Positions 40,434-50,700 of a DNA stretch of 64,000 nt are shown here, one piece after another (within the stretch, counting starts at the first letter, position 1; every line of letters starts with the position of its first letter). A program made the translations under genes and the position numbers. The notes beneath the pieces are model-generated. The model was given only the letters and a program-made list of their open reading frames with translations. It did no database searches and had not been told where the DNA came from. Source of the DNA: a virus. Taxonomy: Duplodnaviria; Caudoviricetes. The stretch spans positions 1,057-65,056 of IMG/VR virus record IMGVR_UViG_3300036768_000367; one strand, written 5' to 3'.

Positions 40434-42407
40434 ATGACTGGAACAACATACCCAAACTCCATAGATGGATATATTAGTTTGCCACTATTGGTGGACAATG
40501 TCTCACCAGTCGTTGCTGATGATCACAATAGATTACGAAATACAATAGTTACAATTGAAAATGAGCTTGGAACAAATCCTAGCAGCACTTATGGAACCGT
40601 AAAAGATAGACTTGATGCTATAGAGGCCTCAATCTCTGGTATTTCTAATAATCAAAATAGAATAGGCGCTGCCGAAGACGGTTCATATACAGATGGTCTG
40701 TTCACAGATTTTGTATCAAGTACGCCTATAGGCACCGCAGTCGATAGATTCAATGAAGTGCTAAAAGAACTGGCTCCATCTCCAGCGCCTAACTTATCTA
40801 ACATAAGTTATACTACTGGCCTGGGCACTGCGGGCAAGGTTTCATTTGGAATATCAAATACAATTAGTACTTATTTCAATGTTACCACTGCCGATGGAGA
40901 TTCTGCCCTTGATATAAATGGTACTGTTACCAGCGCAGCTTCTTTAGCTGTACGTAAAGGTATTTATGCAAGTGGCGTAGTTAAGCAAGGAGAGTTAGCT
41001 AGCAATGTACCAGCAGGCGCAGGAAGCCCGACTCCCGCTTATCCTGCAAAATCTATAGGAAATGGCGATCAAGGTTTGCTTCAATTGTTTGTCAATGGAG
41101 CCCTCTCGCATCAAGTAGATCTGAGCACGTTTGGTTCTGGCTCTAGTCTGAATGCAAACGGCTCAGGTTTTATCAACCTATCATCGGCAACCAGCGTATC
41201 TTTTCCTAGTGGTGCACCATTTAGCTTATTTAAGTATAGAACTGGCGAGTGGATAGTTACCCCACAAGATCAGCGTAACGGCCATAATTATGTGCAAGTA
41301 AAGCATGTAATTGGCAGCAACACGTATACTACAAATATGTTTGGATGGGTTAATGACGCCGATGTCACAGCGACCACATTTAGTGGTGAGAATTTATATG
41401 CCCTTGCAATGACTGGATCCAAATTTATATCTGGCGTTCAATATCACACAGCTGGTACTGCTAGTTATGATATTACAGTATCAAATTTACATAGAAATAC
41501 TTATAGCTCTTCAGCATCAGCGATAAGTCATGGTGCCTCTATTAATGTCAGTATTCCATCTACGGCATTAGGCTCAATAGCTACACAGTCTGATACCGAA
41601 ATCATTACTGCTAAAGTAGCAACTGTTACTGGCACAAGACTATTGAATGCAACCATTACTGGCAAAACTTCGGTGGATAGAACTGTGCAGTCTGATTTAA
41701 CTAGCACAGGAGCATCGATAACTGGTATATTAATGGACACTGTTTCTGATGATGCAACCGCAACAAACGAGACATTAAATGGAGAAAAATTCAGAGTTCC
41801 ATCGAATAGATCATTGACTGATACTAGTGGATTCACTCTGAGCGGCGCTAGTCTGTGGATATCTACTAACAATCTGATCACTGGACCAGCTGGATATAAT
41901 GATGGTCTGCTGGTTTATAATGGAGGATTGTTTTACCCAAACAATGCGTCTGTAGCAAATAATGGTAATTTCTCAGCAGTAGCAAATGGACCTGGCGGCA
42001 ATCCCAACTATAGCACGGCTAGCGGAACCAGGACTTATTGGAGATATTTTTATTTCAGTAGTGCCACGCAGAATTTCGTATTAAACGTAACTTCCAGCGG
42101 TTGTTCATTTATTTCGACAGCTTCTGCACTTGGGCTCAATAATGGAAATGTTCACATGGAATTGTTAGCCCCAAACACAACCTCTAATGGAGTCAGTATT
42201 GAGTTCAAAGATTGTGTAACCGCATATACTACTGATAATGCAATAGGATGTTTTGCAGCTACGTATGGACCAACAATACCCACCAATTGGGGCGTAACTC
42301 TTGGAACAAAGAGTACCGCAACATCTGGCAATGCAATAATATTAAGAGTAACAGTAGGCAATGGTTGGACTGGCACAATTAGTAATATAAGTCTAATAGG
42401 TGTATGA
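40434..42407 (+). CDS. Virion structural protein with shared N-terminal anchor
   Basis: YPNSIDGY..LP..D..N.LR..IE.ELG.NP; EDGSYTDGLFTDF..GTAVDRFNEVLK; beta-rich. Confidence 0.7.
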   Translation: MTGTTYPNSIDGYISLPLLVDNVSPVVADDHNRLRNTIVTIENELGTNPSSTYGTVKDRLDAIEASISGISNNQNRIGAAEDGSYTDGLFTDFVSSTPIGTAVDRFNEVLKELAPSPAPNLSNISYTTGLGTAGKVSFGISNTISTYFNVTTADGDSALDINGTVTSAASLAVRKGIYASGVVKQGELASNVPAGAGSPTPAYPAKSIGNGDQGLLQLFVNGALSHQVDLSTFGSGSSLNANGSGFINLSSATSVSFPSGAPFSLFKYRTGEWIVTPQDQRNGHNYVQVKHVIGSNTYTTNMFGWVNDADVTATTFSGENLYALAMTGSKFISGVQYHTAGTASYDITVSNLHRNTYSSSASAISHGASINVSIPSTALGSIATQSDTEIITAKVATVTGTRLLNATITGKTSVDRTVQSDLTSTGASITGILMDTVSDDATATNETLNGEKFRVPSNRSLTDTSGFTLSGASLWISTNNLITGPAGYNDGLLVYNGGLFYPNNASVANNGNFSAVANGPGGNPNYSTASGTRTYWRYFYFSSATQNFVLNVTSSGCSFISTASALGLNNGNVHMELLAPNTTSNGVSIEFKDCVTAYTTDNAIGCFAATYGPTIPTNWGVTLGTKSTATSGNAIILRVTVGNGWTGTISNISLIGV

Positions 42408-42416
42408 GGAATTTAA

Positions 42417-45400
42417 ATGGCATTTTTAACAGATACATTAGCACGTGCTGCATTTAAAAGAACTCTTGGCAAAGGACATACTTCAGGCTCTAAGGATTTG
42501 TCCAATGAGGCCGAGACATCTTTTATTACTATTGCCGCGCGCGATATATTTGCAGATAGAATACCAACCACTCCTGCTAGTGCTATAGCCGCTGGCGTAT
42601 CTACGTCATTAGTGTCCTTAACTTTAACACTAGATCCATCATCAAATGGAAAGGCTTACCTTGCATCGATTGCTACTGTAAGCGGGAGCCCGCTAGAAGG
42701 AAAAATAAATCCACGTACTGGCGCACCATTTGCTGATACAGATCGAGTAGGATTTTTAATTCCTCCACAATATGGGACTGATTTCCGTGCAATACTAAAG
42801 AATAATGGTACAGAAATAGCTCCATCATCTGCACAAGATTGGTTTATTGATTATGTTGCTGGCATAGTAACATCAGAAGACAATCTTAGTTTGGTTAATG
42901 GAACATTAGAAGCATATGTTTATAATGGAAGATATCTTGACTCAGTAGTTATTACACATGATCTTTTTACCACACAGGCTGACGGCTATGGCGTATTTGC
43001 TAAAGGGCCAGGCGGCACTGATGGATATAGTATTGTAACTAACAATGTTGGTATCGGCACTACAACACCATCTGAGAAATTAACCATTAGTACTTCAGCT
43101 AACGGAGGTATTGCTATTAACAACAGCTCTACTAACGACCCTACTTTAAAGTTTAAACTTTTAAATGTAGATACATTCATTGCTGGTATAGATAATTCTG
43201 ATGGTGATAAGTTCAAGATTGAAAGAGGGTCATTACTAGGAACCAATAACGATATTGTTGTAAACTCTACAGATGGGTATGTTGGGCTCAATGTTTCATT
43301 GCCTACTCAGAGATTACATCTTAACGGCAGCCTAAGAGTAGGCATTAACAATAGTGAAACTATTATAAGCGATAGCGACCTTGCACTAGGCTCAGAGGGA
43401 TCGCTTCTATTAGTATCGGATTCAAGTTCTATAACAGGTACTCCATCTGGAGACATTATATTTGGCGCAGGCTCCGCAAATGCTGCAAGTAATGCCACAT
43501 TTGCAAGTATGTTCCCAGCAAGCGTTCCGCGCCGTGAGTACATGCGTATTAGAGCTTCAGACGGATACGTCGGAATTGGAACCACAATTCCATCAACAAA
43601 TGGTAGATTGACGATTGCCAACGGCAACTTAAGCTTGCTTAGCGGTGGTGTCTCCGTAACTGGTGGTAATTATATTATCAATAATGACAATGCTTATGTC
43701 GGCATGGACTCTCAGAACAATTTGTTTTGGAGCAATACTACTGGCGATGGCGTATTGAATTTTAAGTCATCAGGATTTATCAACATAGATTCTAACAATA
43801 ACGATGCAGATACAAAAGCTCTTTTCATAGGAAAGAATCAGTCGGGATCAGCTACTAGCAGCAATCTTGTTACAATACAAGAAGCTGGACGAGTAGGTAT
43901 TGGCACCACAAACCCAGATTTTAAACTAACTCTGCATGGCTCCTCAGGTGGTGCCACAACATTTAAAGCAAACGGCATATTGTTACGCGCCACTAATACC
44001 AGTAGTGCTGGCGAAGCCGTGGTTGCTTGGCAAAGTGATGGCCCAGGAAATATTGCTGCGAACTACTGGATGGCTGGTATAGATGATACTGTTTCTGGAC
44101 TTAATTTCGGATACGGAACCACATTTACGAATACTAGCATGATCATGCACATCGGAACAGATGGTTACGTGGGCATAGGCACTACAACGCCTAAGGCAAA
44201 AATGAATGTTTATGATGGATATGATAGCCCTACTCAGACTGACTTTACACAAAATTTACACTCTCCAGGCTTCTTGGTAACATCTGACTATGTAAGCGGA
44301 AATTTCACACCTGGATTGTTCTGGTCTACGCAAGATGATAATAATACCAAGCCTAAGGCTGGCATATATACCAAGCTAACTGCTAGTGGAAGTTATTTGT
44401 ATTTTGGTACATCAAATTCTTATGCCACAGGCATTACCAATGATGCTATGGTTATTAGATATGATGGTAACGTTGGTATTGGCACGACCAATCCTGCTTA
44501 TAATTTACATATAGGCGCTGGTACTGTGACAAATAGCGCTCAGAGCAAGGTGGCACTTACTAATGTAACAAATAATCAGCGCGCAGCATTTGTAGCCAAA
44601 GCATTAGACTCTGGAGGTGTTGCTGTAGAAAGTATTTATGAGGCAAGCGGCACTGAGCAACGTGTGATACTAGGCGCTGCCACTAATCACGAGGTACAAT
44701 TAAGAACCAATAATACTGTTAGGCAAACATGGTTGACAACAGGTGAAGTGGGTATAGGTGTTACAAATCCTACAGAGCGTTTAGAAGTTAGCAACGGATC
44801 TTCTGCTGTAGATATATTTGTTGCCAAAGAAAACACTACAAATGTTTTCGTTTTGGCAGACGGCATGTCGGCACCATCAGCAAATAATTCTATTTTAACT
44901 GGTGCAACTACGGCAATCGCAAGTTGGAAGACGCCACAAGATTTGGACCTTGCAGTTAGACTATCAACCTACATTCACTTTGAAGACTTCCTTTTGGCAG
45001 AGGGTCATACAGGTGCTTCACTAACTAATAATGAAATTTTATCCAATGGATATCTTGTCAAGAATAGCGGCGCAACAGTAGATGCCAGAAGCTCTGGTTC
45101 AGTAACATTAAATCATCCTGGCGTGGTAGATATGAGCGTATTAACATTGAATAACTATGCTTCACTCATGTGGGGCGGCGGTAGCTCATTTACAGTAGAT
45201 ACAGGACAAGTATTTAAGTTGGTAGGATACTTCGATATTAGAACCTTGAATGGCGCAGATGATCAGAAGTTCGTATTTGGTGTGACATCATCTATTACAG
45301 GAGATCCAGGTGTTATTGGTACCAGTGATGTTGTGCTTATATATGATAATACCTCTAGTAATTGGAGATCATCTGTCAATGGTGTATTACACACCAGTAG

Positions 45401-45635
45401 TTTTACAGTAGCAACTGGCTGGAACAAGTTGGAGATTCAATTTACAGGAGGCGGCAGCACAGTGTCGTTTACAATAAACGGTTCGATTTATAGCAGAGGA
45501 AGCGTTACATTACCATCCGCTACAACAGATCTGTATATCTGGTGCGGCATTAAAAAAGTAAACGGTAGTACTACTACATTTACCATCGGCGTTGATTGCA
45601 TCGGATTTAGTATTTCAAATATAACAAGAGGATAA
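42417..45635 (+). CDS. Tail fibre protein
   Basis: 1072 aa; seven xxVG(I/L)(G/N) fibre repeats; DWFIDYVAGIV N-terminal module; lectin-like C-terminus. Confidence 0.8.
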   Translation: MAFLTDTLARAAFKRTLGKGHTSGSKDLSNEAETSFITIAARDIFADRIPTTPASAIAAGVSTSLVSLTLTLDPSSNGKAYLASIATVSGSPLEGKINPRTGAPFADTDRVGFLIPPQYGTDFRAILKNNGTEIAPSSAQDWFIDYVAGIVTSEDNLSLVNGTLEAYVYNGRYLDSVVITHDLFTTQADGYGVFAKGPGGTDGYSIVTNNVGIGTTTPSEKLTISTSANGGIAINNSSTNDPTLKFKLLNVDTFIAGIDNSDGDKFKIERGSLLGTNNDIVVNSTDGYVGLNVSLPTQRLHLNGSLRVGINNSETIISDSDLALGSEGSLLLVSDSSSITGTPSGDIIFGAGSANAASNATFASMFPASVPRREYMRIRASDGYVGIGTTIPSTNGRLTIANGNLSLLSGGVSVTGGNYIINNDNAYVGMDSQNNLFWSNTTGDGVLNFKSSGFINIDSNNNDADTKALFIGKNQSGSATSSNLVTIQEAGRVGIGTTNPDFKLTLHGSSGGATTFKANGILLRATNTSSAGEAVVAWQSDGPGNIAANYWMAGIDDTVSGLNFGYGTTFTNTSMIMHIGTDGYVGIGTTTPKAKMNVYDGYDSPTQTDFTQNLHSPGFLVTSDYVSGNFTPGLFWSTQDDNNTKPKAGIYTKLTASGSYLYFGTSNSYATGITNDAMVIRYDGNVGIGTTNPAYNLHIGAGTVTNSAQSKVALTNVTNNQRAAFVAKALDSGGVAVESIYEASGTEQRVILGAATNHEVQLRTNNTVRQTWLTTGEVGIGVTNPTERLEVSNGSSAVDIFVAKENTTNVFVLADGMSAPSANNSILTGATTAIASWKTPQDLDLAVRLSTYIHFEDFLLAEGHTGASLTNNEILSNGYLVKNSGATVDARSSGSVTLNHPGVVDMSVLTLNNYASLMWGGGSSFTVDTGQVFKLVGYFDIRTLNGADDQKFVFGVTSSITGDPGVIGTSDVVLIYDNTSSNWRSSVNGVLHTSSFTVATGWNKLEIQFTGGGSTVSFTINGSIYSRGSVTLPSATTDLYIWCGIKKVNGSTTTFTIGVDCIGFSISNITRG

Positions 45636-45636
45636 T

Positions 45637-46170
45637 ATGGGATTAAAAAAATCGGTAACAACTAATTTCGGTATAGATGCGGAGAATGCGTATCATCGCA
45701 TTAAAAGCGTGCGTGGTGAAAATGGTGGGGAGATAAGATATCATGTCGATATCTATTTTAATGAAGAGGCGCGTAATCAGGGCAAGGTGCCCATGGAAGA
45801 AAAAATGTATGTAGTTCCAGGCAATCTTAGATCTCGCCTGGGAGTTATTACAGAATTGTATAATATATTAAAACAGGAGCCAGGCTACGAAGGCGCAGAG
45901 GATGTATTAGAACCAGACTTCTTTCCACATATAAGTACCTATATTTCAAATGCTTATTTGATATCAGCGGCATCGATAAGTGGACTAGATAGAGACACAA
46001 TGAGCGTTACTAATGGCACAGTAGATGGAAAATTTATTATGGATGGATACATAGTATCTGGAACAATTACAGAAGCGAATATAACAAATATTTCTATTGT
46101 AAATGATGGATATAAGAATGGCCACATATCTGGTGCAAATATAGATGGTTACATCATTCAGGTTTTATAA
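45637..46170 (+). CDS. Possible tail fibre assembly/associated protein
   Basis: Immediately follows the fibre gene; AYHRI..V..Y...AR..G..P..LY..LK..P.YEGAEDV pattern typical of small post-fibre genes. Confidence 0.5.
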   Translation: MGLKKSVTTNFGIDAENAYHRIKSVRGENGGEIRYHVDIYFNEEARNQGKVPMEEKMYVVPGNLRSRLGVITELYNILKQEPGYEGAEDVLEPDFFPHISTYISNAYLISAASISGLDRDTMSVTNGTVDGKFIMDGYIVSGTITEANITNISIVNDGYKNGHISGANIDGYIIQVL

Positions 46171-46178
46171 GGAGATTT

Positions 46179-46694
46179 ATGAAAAACATATTAGTTAAAT
46201 TGGCTGAGGTGGCCACACAATTAGATGAGGCTGGACATAAAGAGCAGGCTGACAAAATAGATGCTGTATTGCAGCAGATAGCCGCTCAACTGACTTCCAC
46301 TGCGGACCAAGGCGTGCCTTTCATGGGTGGGGCAAACTTAAGTCGGGAGGAAAGAGAAGCCATGGGTCTAAAACCAGAGGCTCCAGCTACACCAATTCCT
46401 CCGTCGGTAACTGGGAAAATAGTGATGCGTAGTAAGACTAACGAGGCTGCAGGCTTTGGATTTTTCGGCGCAGACCAAATTGAAAAGGCCATAAAAGAAG
46501 GTAAGGTAGATAAGGCCGTCGCAATTAAAGCTATGCAAGATTATTTGCAAGCTCAAAATTATCCAAATATTGGACAGACAGTTGAAGAACTCATCTCTAG
46601 TCTTGTTGGAGGAGTTGGGTTCCCAGTTAAAGCAAAACAGAGCCCAGAAGTATACGGCGGCAAATCCTTCTGGCAAAGAATATTTGGTAAATAA
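46179..46694 (+). CDS. Hypothetical protein with KLxxxAxxLDxxG helical leader
   Basis: AAGGAG RBS; N-terminus homologous to the ORF at 11279 (minus strand). Confidence 0.7.
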   Translation: MKNILVKLAEVATQLDEAGHKEQADKIDAVLQQIAAQLTSTADQGVPFMGGANLSREEREAMGLKPEAPATPIPPSVTGKIVMRSKTNEAAGFGFFGADQIEKAIKEGKVDKAVAIKAMQDYLQAQNYPNIGQTVEELISSLVGGVGFPVKAKQSPEVYGGKSFWQRIFGK

Positions 46695-46703
46695 GGAAGC
46701 AAT

Positions 46704-47705
46704 ATGAGCAAGTGGCAAAAAGTTTTAATAGCAGTATTAGGAGCACTGGTACTGCTAATGGGTCCTTCGTCTGTATTTATGTTATACAAAATAAGAGACC
46801 TTAGCGATGCTTTGAAAAGTGCTCAGAATATAATTGATGCAAAAGAAGCTGGAATACAAGAGCTTAATAACAAATTGAAAATTGCCGACTCGGATCTTCT
46901 AACAAAAGATGCTTTAAATAAAAAATATGCTGATGAACTAGCAAGTCTAGAGTCTGATTTTAAAAATATAGTAAAAAAATATAATCTAGAATTAGAGAGC
47001 CGTGATAAGGTTATCGCGCAGCTTAAGGGCAAGGTTAATGGCGGCACTACTACGGTAGCTATTAAAGAGTCTGCTGATTCTGGAGCAACAGGTGACAAAC
47101 CATCCACACAGGTGATTAGCTATTCTTGGCAAGATCCAGCCAAAAGATTCAAGTTAACAGATCCAGATATTTTTACAAAAGACAATGAATCTTTTGAATA
47201 TAAGCAAAAAGTAGCAGTAACTGGCTATGTTTATACTGATCTCACTGGAGAGCTTAAAATAAGGAAATTGACTCTGCAAGAGGTTATAACAGATAGTACT
47301 GGCAAACAAGTACCAGTAGATGGCTCAAACATAGAAGTGATTGATAATAAGTTTGAATATATAAAATTACAACCAAACGAAAAATCAATGTGGGATATTT
47401 GGCACCCTAGGTTGCTAGTGTCATTTAATAGCCAGTTATATCCAGGAATTGGTGTTGAATTAATAAATTTGGGAAGATATATAGATTATGCTAATATTAG
47501 TTTAAATACTAAAATTGCCATAAATCCCACAAATGGTTTAAGTGGTCTTAAAAGTTCTACCGTCGGAGTCGGCTTGGCTTATCAATTAGCGCCACCATTA
47601 TTGGATACAAATTTGGGACTTGGAGCTGGCATAGCCACCCCTATGGATAATTTTCTAGGCAGATATATTGTAACAGTTGATGCAATATTTTATCTTACAA
47701 ACTAG
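46704..47705 (+). CDS. Membrane-anchored coiled-coil protein (spanin-like candidate)
   Basis: N-terminal transmembrane segment, long coiled coil, C-terminal amphipathic beta strands. Confidence 0.45.
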   Translation: MSKWQKVLIAVLGALVLLMGPSSVFMLYKIRDLSDALKSAQNIIDAKEAGIQELNNKLKIADSDLLTKDALNKKYADELASLESDFKNIVKKYNLELESRDKVIAQLKGKVNGGTTTVAIKESADSGATGDKPSTQVISYSWQDPAKRFKLTDPDIFTKDNESFEYKQKVAVTGYVYTDLTGELKIRKLTLQEVITDSTGKQVPVDGSNIEVIDNKFEYIKLQPNEKSMWDIWHPRLLVSFNSQLYPGIGVELINLGRYIDYANISLNTKIAINPTNGLSGLKSSTVGVGLAYQLAPPLLDTNLGLGAGIATPMDNFLGRYIVTVDAIFYLTN

Positions 47706-47714
47706 GAGTAGTAG

Positions 47715-50700
47715 GTGTCTAGATATCCCAATGAATTAGATAACGATGTAGATATTCCATCTGTTAGTGACAACATTACAGAGGTTGCCGCAGAGACTAT
47801 TAATGCTCTGCGTTCCTCTATTTTCGCTATTCAGTCTGCATTGGGCGAAAATCCGCAGGGCGCAGCCTCCGATCTTAAAACAAGACTTTCTTACTTTTTT
47901 AATGATGATGGCACCCCAAAGCAAAGCGCATTGGTTGCTGCTGGCTTAATAGCACTACCAATTAATAATGGACACATAGCGTCAAATGCTGGTATAGAAG
48001 AGTCCAAGTTAGATTTAGACTATCCAACGCAGATTCTGCAAAATGCTATATTGTCAAATGATACTGATATAACAGAATTACAGAATCTTTACAATCAGAT
48101 TTTATTTGATATTACACAACATTTTTTGGGCAACGCTAATAAGCATGATGGATACGATATCACGCTTAGTGGTCTCGCTGGCGCATCTTCGGTAGACTCG
48201 GTGTCTCTTGCAATTCACTATATCTGGTCACAATTTCTGGGTCACAAAGCAGCACTTAGCAGCACTGAGCATTATGCCTCGGCAATCGCCTATACTCCAG
48301 TTCCATTGGGTCCAATTACGGCAACAAACGTGCAAGATGCAATCTCACAGATTGATACGGCTTTTTATGAAGATCGCCGTCGTCATGATGATAGTGCACA
48401 CAGCAATGGCATTTCAAGAGATGGTTATATATCGTATTTTGGTCAATTTGCAGTTAACGATGCGTCGGCTATGGTATCTAGACTGCCATCTAGTCCAAAT
48501 ATATTAAAAGTTGGTCTTATAAACTCTGCTGTTATCAAGAGTAAAGGCTTTGACGTAAATGGCGTAAGCCTCACATCCAATACTCTAAAAATCGATGCTT
48601 CTACAGGTAATGGTATATTTAGATCATTAACAATTACTGGTTTGCAGAGTGCACAGTATCCTACTGGTTACACTCATTTGAGTTTAAAAGCGATTGTCGA
48701 TTATTTGAATCAGCAGTTTACTTTGCCAGCCAATCACTTTCCAGTGACGGCATTTGAAAGTCCAGATGGCGAGTTAGTATTACAACACAACATTTCTGAT
48801 CCATCATGTGTTTTGATGGTAAGCAGCTCTAGCAATTCTGCGGCCACTACCCTTGGATTTTCGGATGTGCTTAATGTGCCATCTGGCTATGTAGATCATC
48901 ACTATTTGGTGATAGATGGATATAGGCACAATGAGTTGGCCACACTAGCCGCTGGCGCAGTAATTCATGGCATCACCTCTAGCTCTGTTGATCTTGGAAC
49001 CATCACAGGTCCAGGCGGGCTCGGCATTTTAGGAAACACATTATTCCATGTATATAATCATACAGACCACTCAGCTAATGGTACTTATAGAATAGTTGGC
49101 ACTGTTGTAAATACAATAACTCTAAACACTCCATTGACAGCAGGTACATTTAATTATATTATTTACAAGGACGTGATAGATTCAAATTTTGCTGGTAATT
49201 ACAAGACCATAGATTTATATATCAACAGCGAGCTAGAGCCAACATCATCTGTTAGACAGGAAACTACGTTAGTACAAATATCTGGTCTTAAGATAGTAGA
49301 GGTGTCTCAAGATTTTAAAGCCACATCTGCAAGTATGACCTTGGACTTTTCTTCTCCAACATATAGCATCTATTTAACCATAAGTGGTACAAACGGCACA
49401 GTCACAACTTTTGAGCAAGGATTTATAGGATATAAGAGGGTATATGCCCCAAACAATGTTTCGTATATAACTGTTTTTATACATGATACATCACCAGCAG
49501 TTGGAACGGATCAAATAACGTTTTATAGCACAGAGAAGCAGGATGATATGTTGCTGCTTGGAGTAACGCATACTAACGCTGCCTCTGTTATAGAAATGCC
49601 TTTAGATCGAAGAAACATCGGCCTCGCTGGCGCAAGTGCTATTGGCACAGAGGTTTCTGATGGTATCTGGGCAGATGATATTAAAAATCTACACGCCAAC
49701 GGTATTATACGTGGGTTTGATATAATTCAAATTAATCCAGGTTCATTATCAATCACCTTGAATGGTGGCATCGCTTATGTAGAGGGCCGCAAGATCCAAA
49801 AACCTAGAGTTTCAATTGATGTTACAAATGTTGCTATTAGCGATGGCGACTGGAACCTTGTTCTAAGCGATATTGGCAACATAGAGATTTACAGCAATAC
49901 GGCACCTGGATTCTCCGTAGAAGACATTCTTTCTGGTACAGGCTATGTGATTTTGGCCCAGCTGGTTGTTAGCGGCGGCTTAGTAACTAGCTATACTGAT
50001 GGTAGATTCTTTATAAATGATGTGGAATCAAAAATGGACTTGATCGTAGATGATCAGGATTTTGGTTCTGGTCAGTTTAGAACCCTAGAGTCAGCGGTAT
50101 TAAATTCAAAGTTCTCTCCAAACAATAATAAGCCAGAGATCAAAATTATTTCTGACTTAATTATAAATAATGATGTTACTATAGATAGTAATACAAAAAT
50201 AACTGCGTATAGAGACGTGACTATAAATGGTAATTTAACACTATCCGCTGGAGCAAACTTTCAAACGCTCGGCGCTTTGAATGTTACTGGTACAACAGTC
50301 ATCGGTACTGATTGCGTTTTTTCAGTTGGTGGTGGAATGCTTACCAGCATTTCGCTAAACACAGGAAGTGTATTCACTATACTTAAAGACACCACGGTGT
50401 CAAATATAGATGTGGGCGGCGATAACGTTTCTATTATAGGTAATACCAATAGACCATCGATAACATTTAATGGAACGTCTTCTGGAATAAGACTAATAGC
50501 ATCTAGATCAAACATTATTATATCTAATATAGAATTGATAATGACGTATTCTACAAACTCTATTATCAGTACTGTTGGTGGCATTACCTATGATAATATA
50601 ATTATAGATAATAATGTTTTTAGACAAAGCACGGCATTCACCTACCCATCACCAACCACCAGTCGCCAAGGCATATACATAGCGTCTAGTGCTACCATTT

